Assembly: GCF_024502345.1 (NCBI RefSeq)
Contig: NZ_JALDNN010000001.1
Reading direction: 5' to 3' (one strand)
Length of the DNA stretch: 64,000 nt
From: Escherichia coli
GTDB taxonomy: Bacteria > Pseudomonadota > Gammaproteobacteria > Enterobacterales > Enterobacteriaceae
Both the position numbers and the translations under genes were made by a program. The notes beneath the pieces were generated by a model. It did not search any database and was not told where the DNA came from. It saw only the letters and a list, made by a program, of their open reading frames with translations. How positions within the stretch are numbered: position 1 is the first letter of the stretch; every line of letters starts with the position of its first letter. Below, in pieces: positions 23,693 to 35,873 of the stretch.

Positions 23693-23976
23693 TTACATCT
23701 TGATAACTCAGTTGAAAATATTATTCAACATACGGCTTTTTTATGGTGAGCTGGCTCACATCTCCCTGACTCTGCGGCAATATGGCGTCTTTAGTATCTC
23801 CTGCTGAACGCCCTTTTTATCCAGCATAAAATACCGTTCAGAAGCGGATTAGTGGCACTCTGATAATAAGAAATCGCAAAGAAAAAAATTCTCCGGCGAC
23901 GCGGTTTTTAACAGGTGTTCTATGCTTGAAATGAGGTGCTCCACACAGAGAGCGCCGACAACAATGAGGTGCGCGT

Positions 23977-25509
23977 ATGGCGACGATCGATTCTATGAAT
24001 AAGGACACCACACGTTTGAGCGATGGACCCGACTGGACGTTCGACCTGCTGGATGTTTATCTGGCAGAGATAGACCGGGTGGCGAAACTTTACCGGCTGG
24101 ATACCTACCCGCACCAGATTGAAGTGATAACCTCAGAACAGATGATGGATGCCTACTCCAGCGTCGGCATGCCAATTAACTATCCGCACTGGTCATTCGG
24201 TAAAAAGTTTATCGAGACTGAACGGCTGTATAAGCACGGTCAGCAAGGACTGGCCTATGAAATCGTCATTAACTCTAACCCGTGTATCGCTTACTTGATG
24301 GAAGAGAACACCATTACCATGCAGGCGCTGGTGATGGCTCATGCCTGCTATGGGCATAACTCTTTCTTCAAAAACAATTACTTATTCCGTAGCTGGACCG
24401 ACGCCAGTTCGATTGTCGATTATCTGATTTTTGCCCGTAAATATATTACCGAGTGCGAAGAACGTTATGGCGTTGATGAAGTAGAACGGCTTCTGGACTC
24501 GTGCCACGCGTTGATGAACTACGGCGTGGACCGGTACAAACGCCCGCAAAAAATCTCGCTGCAAGAAGAGAAAGCCCGGCAGAAAAGTCGCGAAGAGTAT
24601 TTGCAAAGTCAGGTCAATATGCTCTGGCGTACCCTGCCGAAGCGCGAGGAAGAGAAAACGGTTGCTGAAGCGCGCCGTTATCCGTCCGAACCACAAGAAA
24701 ACCTGCTCTATTTTATGGAGAAAAATGCGCCACTGCTGGAATCATGGCAGCGTGAAATCCTGCGTATTGTGCGTAAGGTGAGCCAGTATTTTTATCCGCA
24801 AAAACAGACTCAGGTGATGAACGAAGGCTGGGCGACTTTCTGGCACTACACCATCCTTAACCATCTGTATGATGAAGGGAAAGTAACGGAACGTTTTATG
24901 CTGGAGTTTTTGCACAGCCACACCAATGTGGTCTTCCAGCCGCCCTATAACAGCCCGTGGTACAGCGGCATCAACCCGTATGCCCTCGGGTTCGCCATGT
25001 TCCAGGATATTAAACGGATTTGTCAGTCGCCAACGGAAGAAGACAAATACTGGTTCCCGGATATCGCCGGTTCCGACTGGCTGGAAACGCTGCATTTCGC
25101 GATGCGTGATTTCAAAGATGAGAGTTTTATCAGCCAGTTCCTGTCGCCGAAAGTGATGCGTGATTTCCGCTTCTTCACCGTGCTGGATGACGATCGGCAT
25201 AATTATCTGGAGATTTCCGCTATTCATAATGAAGAAGGTTATCGGGAGATCCGTAACCGGCTATCGTCGCAATATAACTTAAGTAATCTGGAGCCGAATA
25301 TTCAGATCTGGAACGTGGATTTGCGCGGCGACCGTTCGCTGACGCTGCGTTACATTCCACATAATCGCGCACCGCTGGATCGGGGGCGCAAAGAAGTACT
25401 GAAGCATGTGCATCGCCTGTGGGGATTTGATGTGATGCTGGAACAGCAAAACGAAGACGGCAGCGTCGAGTTGCTGGAACGTTGCCCGCCGAGAATGGGA
25501 AATCTGTAA
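23977..25509 (+). CDS. ycgB: SpoVR-family protein YcgB
   Basis: 510 aa, matches remembered YcgB. Confidence 0.9.
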   Translation: MATIDSMNKDTTRLSDGPDWTFDLLDVYLAEIDRVAKLYRLDTYPHQIEVITSEQMMDAYSSVGMPINYPHWSFGKKFIETERLYKHGQQGLAYEIVINSNPCIAYLMEENTITMQALVMAHACYGHNSFFKNNYLFRSWTDASSIVDYLIFARKYITECEERYGVDEVERLLDSCHALMNYGVDRYKRPQKISLQEEKARQKSREEYLQSQVNMLWRTLPKREEEKTVAEARRYPSEPQENLLYFMEKNAPLLESWQREILRIVRKVSQYFYPQKQTQVMNEGWATFWHYTILNHLYDEGKVTERFMLEFLHSHTNVVFQPPYNSPWYSGINPYALGFAMFQDIKRICQSPTEEDKYWFPDIAGSDWLETLHFAMRDFKDESFISQFLSPKVMRDFRFFTVLDDDRHNYLEISAIHNEEGYREIRNRLSSQYNLSNLEPNIQIWNVDLRGDRSLTLRYIPHNRAPLDRGRKEVLKHVHRLWGFDVMLEQQNEDGSVELLERCPPRMGNL

Positions 25510-25514
25510 AAACA

Positions 25515-25547
25515 ACAAAAACCCCTCGTTTGAGGGGTTTGTTTTTT
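25515..25547. terminator. Bidirectional rho-independent terminator between ycgB and fadR
   Basis: Stem ACCCCTC / GAGGGGT with loop gtttg, A-run on one side and T-run on the other. Confidence 0.7.
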
Positions 25548-25559
25548 AAACGGAAGGGA

Positions 25560-26279
25560 TTATCGCCCCTGAATGGCTAAGTCACCCGGCAGATTTTTCT
25601 GCATCCGGTGCCAAATCTCGCCACTCTCATGCCCATAGCGACGCACTGTTTCGTACACCTGATCGTGCGCGCCTTCACTGCACAACGCCGACAGTTTGTG
25701 GTAGAAGCCCAGCGCCAGACTGCGCGCTTCCGGATTGGCGAAATAGTGACGACCAATGCGCGTATACAGTCCCTTCATCCCGTTAAGGATCAGACCGTAA
25801 ATCGGGTTGCCGGAAGCAAACGCCAGGCCGCGGAATATGTTGTAATCCAGCTCGGCAAAGGCATCGGCGTGATCGGCCACTTCATTAGCGGTAGCCAGCA
25901 CTTCCTGCGCTTTATCGGGATGCTGACGAAACGCGGTGCGAATAAAAATAGTTGAAATATTGGTACGCACCGACAGCAAATTATCAATAAGCTGCGGCAC
26001 ACTTTCGTGATCCAGTCGCGCCAGTGTTTCAAGGATATTTAAACCAGAGGTTTCCCAGAAATTATTCACCTTCGTCGGCTTGCCATGTTGAATGGTCAAC
26101 CAGCCATCTCGTGCCAGACGCTGTAACACTTCACGTAACGTAGTACGCGTTACGCCAATTAATTCTGAAAGTTCACGTTCTGCGGGCAAAATAGTCCCGG
26201 GAGGGAAGCGGTTATTCCAGATACTTTCAATAATGTACTCTTCCGCGAAACCCGCCGGGCTTTGCGCCTTAATGACCAT
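25560..26279 (-). CDS. fadR: Fatty acid metabolism regulator FadR (GntR family)
   Basis: 239 aa from [21 protein letters not shown]...; start trimmed from the track ORF. Confidence 0.95.
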
Positions 26280-26500
26280 AGTGAGATTTCCATAACACAG
26301 CAAAACAAAGTTGGACTCATCATACCAGAGGGCTAACTACGCTGATAGCAGACAAAAAGAAGAAAAAAGGGATCAAGGCTTCATTTTCCGCATCTCTTTC
26401 CCCTTGACTATCAAGACTTGCCTCACTCCTGCCTGACCGTTAAGCTTTGCGTTTAAACATAAAAACATCATTGATTATTTGTAAGGTAAGGGAAACCATC

Positions 26501-28042
26501 ATGGAGATCTCCTGGGGCCGCGCGCTATGGCGCAATTTTTTGGGCCAGTCCCCCGACTGGTACAAACTCGCCCTCATCATTTTCTTAATCGTAAATCCGT
26601 TAATTTTCCTCATCAGCCCTTTCGTCGCTGGCTGGTTGCTGGTAGCGGAATTTATTTTCACTCTGGCGATGGCCCTGAAATGCTACCCGCTACTCCCCGG
26701 TGGTCTGTTGGCTATCGAAGCGGTATTCATCGGCATGACCAGCGCGGAACACGTCCGTGAAGAGGTGGCGGCAAATCTTGAAGTCTTGCTGTTATTGATG
26801 TTTATGGTGGCGGGTATCTATTTTATGAAACAGCTGTTGCTGTTCATATTTACCCGTTTGCTGTTAAGCATTCGCTCCAAAATGCTGCTGTCGCTCTCTT
26901 TTTGCGTGGCGGCAGCATTCCTCTCCGCGTTCCTCGATGCCTTAACCGTCGTGGCGGTGGTGATCAGCGTTGCAGTCGGTTTTTATGGTATTTATCATCG
27001 CGTAGCCTCTTCCCGTACCGAAGACACCGACCTGCAAGACGATAGTCATATCGACAAGCATTACAAAGTAGTTTTGGAACAGTTCCGTGGCTTTCTGCGT
27101 AGCCTGATGATGCATGCCGGTGTCGGCACCGCATTAGGCGGCGTGATGACCATGGTGGGCGAACCTCAGAACCTGATCATCGCTAAAGCGGCTGGCTGGC
27201 ATTTTGGCGATTTCTTCCTGCGCATGTCGCCGGTGACCGTTCCGGTTCTGATTTGTGGCCTGTTAACCTGCCTGCTGGTAGAGAAGCTGCGTTGGTTTGG
27301 CTACGGTGAAACGCTGCCGGAGAAAGTCCGCGAAGTGCTGCAACAGTTTGACGATCAAAGCCGCCACCAGCGTACCCGTCAGGATAAAATCCGTCTGATT
27401 GTCCAGGCGATTATTGGCGTCTGGCTGGTGACTGCGCTGGCGTTGCATCTGGCGGAAGTTGGCTTGATTGGTTTGTCAGTCATTATTCTGGCAACATCAT
27501 TGACCGGTGTCACCGATGAACATGCTATCGGTAAAGCCTTCACCGAATCTCTGCCATTCACCGCACTGTTGACGGTGTTTTTCTCGGTAGTCGCGGTGAT
27601 TATCGACCAACAACTGTTTTCGCCGATTATTCAGTTTGTGTTGCAGGCATCGGAACATGCTCAGCTGTCGTTGTTCTATATTTTCAACGGACTGCTGTCA
27701 TCCATTTCGGATAACGTCTTCGTGGGGACGATTTATATCAACGAAGCGAAAGCGGCAATGGAAAGTGGCGCTATCACGTTGAAGCAATACGAGCTGCTGG
27801 CGGTCGCCATTAATACCGGTACCAATCTGCCCTCTGTCGCTACGCCGAACGGTCAGGCTGCGTTCCTGTTCCTGCTGACCTCTGCACTCGCGCCATTGAT
27901 TCGCCTCTCTTATGGCCGCATGGTGTGGATGGCCCTGCCTTACACCCTCGTCCTGACACTCGTCGGACTGCTCTGCGTCGAGTTTACGCTTGCCCCTGTA
28001 ACCGAATGGTTTATGCAAATGGGCTGGATAGCAACGCTTTGA
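26501..28042 (+). CDS. nhaB: Na+/H+ antiporter NhaB
   Basis: 513 aa from [23 protein letters not shown]... Confidence 0.95.
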
Positions 28043-28187
28043 TAACAACTTACCGGGCATATAAATGCCCGGTTTGCCTTTTCGCCCGATAATTGTCCAA
28101 TTGCGTCCTATTTTTGCTGCCTCCTGGTGGCGCAGCGAATGAATTGGTTTAAACTGCGCACTCTATGCATATTGCAGGGAAATGATT

Positions 28188-28718
28188 ATGTTGCGATTTT
28201 TGAACCAATGTTCACAAGGCCGGGGCGCGTGGCTGTTGATGGCGTTTACTGCTCTGGCACTGGAACTGACGGCGCTGTGGTTCCAGCATGTGATGTTACT
28301 GAAACCTTGCGTGCTCTGTATTTATGAACGCTGCGCGTTATTCGGCGTTCTGGGTGCTGCGCTGATTGGCGCGATCGCTCCAAAAACGCCACTGCGTTAT
28401 GTAGCGATGGTTATCTGGTTGTATAGTGCGTTCCGCGGTGTGCAGTTAACTTACGAGCACACCATGCTTCAGCTCTATCCTTCGCCGTTTGCGACCTGTG
28501 ATTTTATGGTTCGTTTCCCGGAATGGCTGCCGCTGGATAAATGGGTGCCGCAAGTGTTTGTCGCCTCTGGCGATTGCGCCGAGCGTCAGTGGGATTTTTT
28601 AGGTCTGGAAATGCCGCAGTGGCTGCTCGGTATTTTTATCGCTTACCTGATTGTCGCAGTGCTGGTGGTGATTTCCCAGCCGTTTAAAGCGAAAAAACGT
28701 GATCTGTTCGGTCGCTAA
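28188..28718 (+). CDS. dsbB: Disulfide bond formation protein B
   Basis: 176 aa from [20 protein letters not shown]... Confidence 0.95.
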   Translation: MLRFLNQCSQGRGAWLLMAFTALALELTALWFQHVMLLKPCVLCIYERCALFGVLGAALIGAIAPKTPLRYVAMVIWLYSAFRGVQLTYEHTMLQLYPSPFATCDFMVRFPEWLPLDKWVPQVFVASGDCAERQWDFLGLEMPQWLLGIFIAYLIVAVLVVISQPFKAKKRDLFGR

Positions 28719-28725
28719 TCCATTC

Positions 28726-28750
28726 GGCGCTCCTGCGGGAGCGCTTTTTT
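28726..28750 (+). terminator. Rho-independent terminator after dsbB
   Basis: GGCGCTCC-tgcg-GGAGCGC followed by TTTTTT. Confidence 0.7.
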
Positions 28751-28763
28751 CCTGCCGCTATAT

Positions 28764-30032
28764 TTATTTGACCCGCAGTAAATCAGAACTTCGCGTTGTA
28801 TAACGTGGTGAAAGCATGGCTCGCTTCATCTGCCATTGTTGCTGGATCCCCTGCCCGGCAAAATAGAGTGTTCCTCTGCCCTCTTTAGCATTCAGTGTAT
28901 CCATTACCGCCATCAATTGCTCACTCCCGGGGCGCGGAGCGTTGTCATCGAATAAATTGAGCTGCGCGACTCCCTGACTGAAGAAATCCCCCAGCATCAC
29001 GCCCGCTTTTTGGTAACGATGGCCCGCTTGCCAGATGGCATCCAGAGATCGCGTAGCGGCGTTAATGATATCCCTGCTGTCCTGAGTGGGCGTCAGCAGT
29101 TTTACCGACGCGCTATTGCCGTAATAAGGTTCATTGAGCGCAAATGGTGACGTCTTAATAAACGTGGAGATAAACCGACAATATTGATGCTCGCTGCGAA
29201 GTTTTTCCGCCGCCCGGGCAGCGTAACTACAAATGGCCTGCCGCATCGACGTATAATCCGTGATGCGTTCACCAAACGAGCGGGAACAGATAATTTCCTG
29301 CTTCGTCGGTGCAAACTCTTCCAGTTGCAAACAGGGTTCGCCGCGCAGTTCACGCACCGTTCTTTCGAGCACGACATTAAAATGTTTACGGATAAACCGG
29401 ATATCTGTATCCGCCAAATCGAGAACGGTTTTGATCCCCATCGCGTCCAGTTTTTTGCTGATCCGCCGTCCAATCCCCCAGACTTCATCCACGGAGAGAG
29501 CAGACATTAATTTACGCTGGCGTTCCAGATTTGATAAATCCACCACCCCACCCGTCTGCCGCTGCCATTTTTTTGCCGCATGATTAGCAAGCTTAGCCAG
29601 CGTTTTGGTCTGGGCGATCCCCACACCAACAGTAAGATGGGTACGTTGTAGCACCGTTGCGCGAATTTCTCTGCCAAAGTCAGTCAGATCGCGACAATTA
29701 CGCACACCTGTCAGATCGCAGAATGCCTCATCAATACTGTAAATCTCGACGCGGGGCGATAGTTCTTCCAGCGTCGACATCACCCGATTGCTCATGTCTG
29801 CGTAAAGCTCATAATTGCTGCTAAAGCAAACCACGCCACAGCGACGAAACAGATCTTTTTGTTTGAACCAGGGATCGCCCATTTTAACGCCAAGCGCCTT
29901 TGCCTCAGCGTTTCGGGCGATAACGCAACCGTCATTATTCGATAGCACAACCACCGGTTTACCCCATAAATCAGGGCGAAACACCGTCTCACAGCTGGCA
30001 TAAAACGCGTTTACATCACAGAGGGCAAACAT
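28764..30032 (-). CDS. umuC: DNA polymerase V catalytic subunit UmuC
   Basis: 422 aa, [22 protein letters not shown]... Y-family polymerase. Confidence 0.95.
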   Translation of the reverse strand: MFALCDVNAFYASCETVFRPDLWGKPVVVLSNNDGCVIARNAEAKALGVKMGDPWFKQKDLFRRCGVVCFSSNYELYADMSNRVMSTLEELSPRVEIYSIDEAFCDLTGVRNCRDLTDFGREIRATVLQRTHLTVGVGIAQTKTLAKLANHAAKKWQRQTGGVVDLSNLERQRKLMSALSVDEVWGIGRRISKKLDAMGIKTVLDLADTDIRFIRKHFNVVLERTVRELRGEPCLQLEEFAPTKQEIICSRSFGERITDYTSMRQAICSYAARAAEKLRSEHQYCRFISTFIKTSPFALNEPYYGNSASVKLLTPTQDSRDIINAATRSLDAIWQAGHRYQKAGVMLGDFFSQGVAQLNLFDDNAPRPGSEQLMAVMDTLNAKEGRGTLYFAGQGIQQQWQMKRAMLSPRYTTRSSDLLRVK

Positions 30033-30451
30033 CAGCGCATCGCCTTAACGACGTGGATCACCACACCAAAGACATCCAGCGTATCTTCACTACTGATGGT
30101 AATGGGCGAGTACGCGCTGTTCATGGGAATAAGCTGTACCGTCGGGCGTAGTTGCAATTTTTTCACCGTAAACTCGCCGTCAACAGCAGCGATGACAATA
30201 TCACCATGGCTGGCGGTAATAGCGCTATCGACAATCAGTAAATCACCGTCACTAATTCCACCATCAATCATAGAATCACCACTTGCTTTGACGAAGTAAG
30301 TCGCGCTGGGATGCTGGATCAACAGTTGATTCAGATCGATGCGCTGTTCAACGTAATCTGCGGCCGGTGAAGGAAAGCCACACTGAACAAGATCGCTAAA
30401 TAGCGGAAAAGTCACAATTTCGCGGAGATCCGCAGGCTTGATAAACAACAT
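30032..30451 (-). CDS. umuD: DNA polymerase V accessory subunit UmuD
   Basis: 139 aa, [18 protein letters not shown]..., LexA-like self-cleaving fold; 1-bp overlap with umuC. Confidence 0.95.
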
Positions 30452-30470
30452 AATAATCTGCCTGAAGTTA

Positions 30471-30490
30471 TACTGTTTTTATATACAGTA
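30471..30490. promoter_or_regulatory. LexA (SOS) box upstream of umuDC
   Basis: TACTGTTTTTATATACAGTA = CTGT-N8-ACAG palindrome about 20 bp upstream of the umuD start. Confidence 0.75.
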
Positions 30491-30683
30491 GTCTGTTCTT
30501 GCCAGCAGATCAATACTGATTCAGGCTATCAATATTTGTCGCTGCATAGACTGCTGATTTTTCGTTCTCTTATCCTGTGCTCACGCGGCCTTCTGGCGAC
30601 GACGCTCATCCAGCAGAAATGAAAAATATCACCCGGCTAAAAAATAGAATAGAAGCATTCGCCATAATGACATTAAACATTGT

Positions 30684-30697
30684 TTGATATTTATCAT
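30684..30697. promoter_or_regulatory. FNR/CRP-type site in the hlyE promoter region
   Basis: TTGAT-attt-ATCAT dyad about 130 bp upstream of hlyE; matches the class of site described for hlyE as I recall it. Confidence 0.4.
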
Positions 30698-30823
30698 ATT
30701 AATAGAAATAAAGACATTGACGCATCTCGCCCGGCTAACTATGAATTAGATGAAGTAAAATTCATTAATAGTTGTAAAACAGGAGTTTCATTACAATTTA
30801 TATATTTAAAGAGGCGAATGATT

Positions 30824-31735
30824 ATGACTGAAATCGTTGCAGATAAAACGGTAGAAGTAGTTAAAAACGCAATCGAAACCGCAGATGGAGCATTAGATCT
30901 TTATAATAAATATCTCGATCAGGTCATCCCCTGGCAGACCTTTGATGAAACCATAAAAGAGTTAAGTCGCTTTAAACAGGAGTATTCACAGGCAGCCTCC
31001 GTTTTAGTCGGCGATATTAAAACCTTACTTATGGATAGCCAGGATAAGTATTTTGAAGCAACCCAAACAGTGTATGAATGGTGTGGTGTTGCGACGCAAT
31101 TGCTCGCAGCGTATATTTTGCTATTTGATGAGTACAATGAGAAGAAAGCATCCGCCCAGAAAGACATTCTCATTAAGGTACTGGATGACGGCATCACGAA
31201 GCTGAATGAAGCGCAAAAATCCCTGCTGGTAAGCTCACAAAGTTTCAACAACGCTTCCGGGAAACTGCTGGCGTTAGATAGCCAGTTAACCAATGATTTT
31301 TCAGAAAAAAGCAGCTATTTCCAGTCACAGGTAGATAAAATCAGGAAGGAAGCGTATGCCGGTGCCGCAGCCGGTGTCGTCGCCGGTCCATTTGGTTTAA
31401 TCATTTCCTATTCTATTGCTTCGGGCGTAGTTGAAGGGAAACTGATTCCAGAATTGAAGAACAAGTTAAAATCTGTGCAGAGTTTCTTTACCACCCTGTC
31501 TAACACGGTTAAACAAGCGAATAAAGATATCGATGCCGCCAAATTGAAATTAACCACCGAAATAGCCGCCATCGGGGAGATAAAAACGGAAACTGAAACA
31601 ACCAGATTCTATGTTGATTATGATGATTTAATGCTTTCTTTGCTAAAAGAAGCCGCCAAAAAAATGATTAACACCTGTAATGAGTATCAGAAAAGACACG
31701 GTAAAAAGACACTCTTTGAGGTACCTGAAGTCTGA
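30824..31735 (+). CDS. hlyE: Pore-forming cytolysin hemolysin E (ClyA/SheA)
   Basis: 303 aa from MTEIVADKTVEVVKNAIETADGALDLYNKYLDQVIPWQTF...; matches remembered HlyE. Confidence 0.9.
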   Translation: MTEIVADKTVEVVKNAIETADGALDLYNKYLDQVIPWQTFDETIKELSRFKQEYSQAASVLVGDIKTLLMDSQDKYFEATQTVYEWCGVATQLLAAYILLFDEYNEKKASAQKDILIKVLDDGITKLNEAQKSLLVSSQSFNNASGKLLALDSQLTNDFSEKSSYFQSQVDKIRKEAYAGAAAGVVAGPFGLIISYSIASGVVEGKLIPELKNKLKSVQSFFTTLSNTVKQANKDIDAAKLKLTTEIAAIGEIKTETETTRFYVDYDDLMLSLLKEAAKKMINTCNEYQKRHGKKTLFEVPEV

Positions 31736-31941
31736 TAAGCGATTATTCTCTCCATGTACTCAAGGTATAAGGTTTATCACATTTAAAAACACAGACGTTT
31801 TTTAAAGATTGAGAGTTACCTGTTGATAATAAGGTATCGGGTAACTCTCATTATGACAGAGCGCTTTCAAAAACAGGGCTACGAAATGGCGAGCATCCAG
31901 ACGTATATTAAGAAAGCCCCCATCAACATCTATTAAATTTA

Positions 31942-32403
31942 TCACTGCGCCCAGTCAGGTTTATTTAAGATATGATCCTGCCAGTCAATCACTTCTGATT
32001 CTTTCACTGCGATATGACGCACAGAGATACGTTCACCATGCATTGCCGCTTTCGAACCAGTAAGCAGCGGATGCCACGCAGGTAAATCTTTACCTTCCGC
32101 CAGCAAACGATAAGCGCAGGTCATTGGCAGCCATTCGAATGTTGGCAGATTTTCACGGGTTAATTTAATGCAGTCGGGTTCAAACTCGAAACGACGTTCG
32201 TAGTTCCGACATTGACAGGTTTTAATATTGAGCTGGCGACAGGCGACGTTAGTGAAGTAGATTTCGTCGGTGTCTTCATCCATCAGTTTATGCAGGCAAC
32301 ACTGACCGCAACCATCACACAACGACTCCCATTCCGCATCGCTCATTTCGTCCAGGGTTTTACTTTGCCAGAAAGGTACATCGCTCATCAGGTGTTCCGC
32401 CAT
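31942..32403 (-). CDS. ycgN: UPF0260 cysteine-rich protein YcgN
   Basis: 153 aa from [20 protein letters not shown]..., multiple CxxC motifs. Confidence 0.85.
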
Positions 32404-32479
32404 TACGTTAAAACGCACCTTATAACCAGTCTGGCACAGCGATGCAAGTTTTGCCGCCGCTTTCAGGCGGCAAAAAGTA

Positions 32480-33139
32480 TTACAAAACGCGAGTTGCCAA
32501 AGAATGCCCATCGAAAGTGACTGTCAGCTCATCACCGCTTTGCAACGGGCCGACGCCATCAGGCGTGCCTGTCAACACAACGTCACCGGCCTTGAGGGTA
32601 AAAAACTTGCTCATATAAGCGATCAGCGGAACGATTTTATGGATCATGTCCGCAGTCGTACCTTGCTGGCGTTGTTCGCCGTTTACGCTCAGGCCCAGCG
32701 TTGTATTTTGCGGGTCGCCGGTAAATTCCGCCGCGGGAATAAACCCGGAAAGCGGACAAGAGTTATCAAACGCTTTAGCCTTTTCCCACGGCTGCCCGGC
32801 TGTCTTCATTTTTCCCTGAACATCACGCAACGTCAGATCGAGCGCCACGCCGTAACCGGCAATGGCTTTGCGGACATGTTCTTCCGTAGCCTGACGCAGC
32901 GTCGCGCCAATCAACACCGCCAGTTCGACTTCATGATGAACTGAACCGAAATCGGATGGGATCGCCAATGGCTGCCGCAGATCGCACAGTGCCGTTTCTG
33001 GTTTAATAAACAGCACTGGCTCTTCGGGCACTGCGCTGCCCATCTCTTTAATATGTTTGGCATAGTTACTGCCAACACAGACTACTTTACTCACCGGATA
33101 ATCCAGCAGCGCACCTTGCCAGTTGTGATGTTGATACAT
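32480..33139 (-). CDS. ycgM: Fumarylacetoacetate hydrolase family protein
   Basis: 219 aa, [29 protein letters not shown]... Confidence 0.85.
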
Positions 33140-33210
33140 AACGTTCCCCTCACCTTATCGTGGATATGAAAACCCGCGCCGACAAAGATAATGCCACCGC
33201 CGGATATCGG

Positions 33211-33537
33211 TTATTTGTTAGTGTCGTCTGTTTTCTGCCCCATGACGGAAAGATGTTGCTTCAGCAAATCTTCGGGTGGTGGCGGTAACTGCAAATAGTA
33301 ACCTTGCTCGGTTAATGCCTGTTTAACCTTTTCAATATCGGCATTGACCAGTTTCTTCCGCCCATCCAGCGGCAGAATCATCGCTAATTGAGGCTGACCA
33401 AAACCTTTCATCAGTTCCTCAGGAACACGAGAAAAATCGTCTTTTTTTTCGACATATAAATAGGTCTGGTCACGCTTGCTGCTTCGATAAATCACACAAA
33501 ACATACTTTTACTCTTTAAGATGCCAGGTTTTGGCAT
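33211..33537 (-). CDS. ycgL: Protein YcgL (DUF709)
   Basis: 108-aa ORF at the conserved position between ycgM and pliG. Confidence 0.75.
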   Translation of the reverse strand: MPKPGILKSKSMFCVIYRSSKRDQTYLYVEKKDDFSRVPEELMKGFGQPQLAMILPLDGRKKLVNADIEKVKQALTEQGYYLQLPPPPEDLLKQHLSVMGQKTDDTNK

Positions 33538-33745
33538 AAGCTAACATCAATGAAACCCGCGCCACAAGCCAGCCAGCTGTAGATTTCTGCGGTTTGTTGA
33601 GTCCATGCCCCTTTATAAGTAATCCCCCCGGCAAAAAATGCCGCGCCGGGATTTTACCGAACGCAGAAAAGCCACTGGAATTCTCCCGTAAGGGATTGTT
33701 ATATTATAACAGTTCATCGTACTCATTCTGAACAGGAGACTACCA

Positions 33746-34147
33746 ATGAAAATCAAGAGCATCAGTAAGGCTGTATTGCTGCTTGCACTGCTAACCTCCA
33801 CGAGCTTTGCTGCGGGTAAGAATGTCAATGTTGAGTTCAGCAAAGGCCATAGCAGCGCTCAGTACTCCGGCGAAATAAAGGGATACGATTACGATACATA
33901 TACCTTCTATGCCAAAAAAGGTCAGAAAGTGCATGTGAGTATCTCTAATGAAGGCGCTGATACTTACCTCTTCGGGCCAGGAATCGATGATTCTGTTGAT
34001 TTATCCAGATATTCCCCTGAACTCGATAGTCACGGACAATACTCACTCCCTGCTTCTGGCAAATATGAGCTGCGAGTGCTGCAAACCCGAAACGACGCCC
34101 GTAAAAACAAAACTAAAAAATATAACGTCGATATTCAAATTAAGTAA
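33746..34147 (+). CDS. pliG: Periplasmic inhibitor of g-type lysozyme
   Basis: 133 aa with signal peptide MKIKSISKAVLLLALLTSTSFA; synteny with ycgL/ycgJ. Confidence 0.75.
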   Translation: MKIKSISKAVLLLALLTSTSFAAGKNVNVEFSKGHSSAQYSGEIKGYDYDTYTFYAKKGQKVHVSISNEGADTYLFGPGIDDSVDLSRYSPELDSHGQYSLPASGKYELRVLQTRNDARKNKTKKYNVDIQIK

Positions 34148-34266
34148 ATGTCAACCGACGGGGACTCTCCCCGTCATAAACGTTAACGCCCCACTCCTCT
34201 CTGTCGCTCAAGAGGTTAATGACGAATAGCAGACAATGCCGAATAGAACATAATGTAAACAAGGCA

Positions 34267-34635
34267 TCACTCACGACACATAAATAACATCTTTGTGGTG
34301 GTTTGATTGATTTTTCCACTCCGCTTACCATCCACACCAAAATAACGATCATCACGACATAATTTTTCTTTAACATCGCAAAATACACCGTTAGCGAATG
34401 TAAATTCGCTGGGATCGTAGCCTTGTAATGATTGTAAGTTTTCAGCGGCTTTTTCGCCGAGATATTTCCTTGTTAACTCTGGGGAAATGCCATCTGAGTT
34501 CACACAAATATACGGGTCGCAAACAACGCCGCACGCCGGAGATTGAAGTCCGCCAGCGTCATTTCCAGACGCCATTGATGAGAACATCATCCCCACACCT
34601 GACAATCCGATATAAAAAATACGCATCATATTCAT
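34267..34635 (-). CDS. ycgJ: Small secreted protein YcgJ
   Basis: 122 aa with N-terminal signal peptide; conserved position adjacent to minC. Confidence 0.75.
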   Translation of the reverse strand: MNMMRIFYIGLSGVGMMFSSMASGNDAGGLQSPACGVVCDPYICVNSDGISPELTRKYLGEKAAENLQSLQGYDPSEFTFANGVFCDVKEKLCRDDRYFGVDGKRSGKINQTTTKMLFMCRE

Positions 34636-35154
34636 AGCACATCCTGATAATCCAACCGTACAACACTTATGCTCATTTCATCATCAATCCGTAATCAAAA
34701 CCGCTGACCTGGACGAGTTACGATGACCTGACAGAAGTATCAGACGTCTTCTGCGGTTTCTATGATAGAGCAATTCTGTGGCGGATATTAAGATAACGGG
34801 TATCTGTTCTTTAATGATGCCGCAAAAAATGGAAAGTTAAGAAAGCCTGGCGTGGTGAAAAAATACACTTGCCTCAATACTGGATATTTAAACAGGTCTG
34901 GAGATGCTGTCACGATTAGGGTGCGGAAAAAGGAAGCGTAAATAAGAACAATCAAAAGTACGACGGCAATGGGTTGATTGACAAGGGTATTTTTTAAGCT
35001 ATGAATCAGCGCCATTTATCACTGAATAGACTTTTACTCTGAATAAATGGGAGGGTGACTTGCCTCAATATAATCCAGACTATAACATGCCTTATAGTCT
35101 TCGGAACATCATCGCGCGCTGGCGATGATTAATAGCTAATTGAGTAAGGCCAGG

Positions 35155-35850
35155 ATGTCAAACACGCCAATCGAGCTTAAAGGCAGTAGCTTCACTTTAT
35201 CTGTGGTTCATCTGCATGAGGCAGAACCTAAGGTTATCCATCAGGCGCTGGAAGACAAAATCGCTCAGGCCCCCGCATTTTTAAAACATGCCCCCGTTGT
35301 ACTCAACGTCAGTGCACTGGAAGACCCGGTAAACTGGTCAGCGATGCATAAGGCGGTTTCGGCAACCGGTTTGCGGGTTATTGGCGTAAGTGGCTGCAAA
35401 GATGCGCAACTTAAAGCCGAAATTGAAAAAATGGGGCTGCCTATCCTGACGGAAGGAAAGGAAAAAGCGCCACGTCCAGCTCCCGCACCGCAGGCTCCAG
35501 CGCAAAATACAACGCCGGTCACAAAAACGCGTTTAATAGATACCCCGGTGCGTTCCGGTCAGCGTATTTATGCTCCACAATGTGATCTGATTGTTACAAG
35601 CCACGTTAGCGCTGGGGCCGAATTGATTGCCGATGGTAACATTCATGTCTATGGCATGATGCGCGGTCGTGCGCTGGCAGGGGCAAGTGGTGACCGGGAA
35701 ACGCAAATATTTTGTACGAACCTGATGGCGGAATTGGTGTCCATCGCAGGTGAATACTGGCTGAGTGATCAAATCCCAGCAGAATTTTATGGCAAAGCGG
35801 CGCGACTGCAGTTAGTCGAAAACACTTTGACCGTTCAACCGTTAAATTGA
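35155..35850 (+). CDS. minC: Septum site-determining protein MinC
   Basis: 231 aa from [26 protein letters not shown]... Confidence 0.95.
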   Translation: MSNTPIELKGSSFTLSVVHLHEAEPKVIHQALEDKIAQAPAFLKHAPVVLNVSALEDPVNWSAMHKAVSATGLRVIGVSGCKDAQLKAEIEKMGLPILTEGKEKAPRPAPAPQAPAQNTTPVTKTRLIDTPVRSGQRIYAPQCDLIVTSHVSAGAELIADGNIHVYGMMRGRALAGASGDRETQIFCTNLMAELVSIAGEYWLSDQIPAEFYGKAARLQLVENTLTVQPLN

Positions 35851-35873
35851 TCCCTTTTTAACAAGGAATTTCT

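Noticed and set aside
34788-35015. 75-aa hydrophobic ORF on the - strand in the ycgJ-minC intergenic region
   Set aside because: No convincing ribosome binding site; it lies in the minC promoter region. It could be a small membrane protein but cannot be supported from sequence alone.
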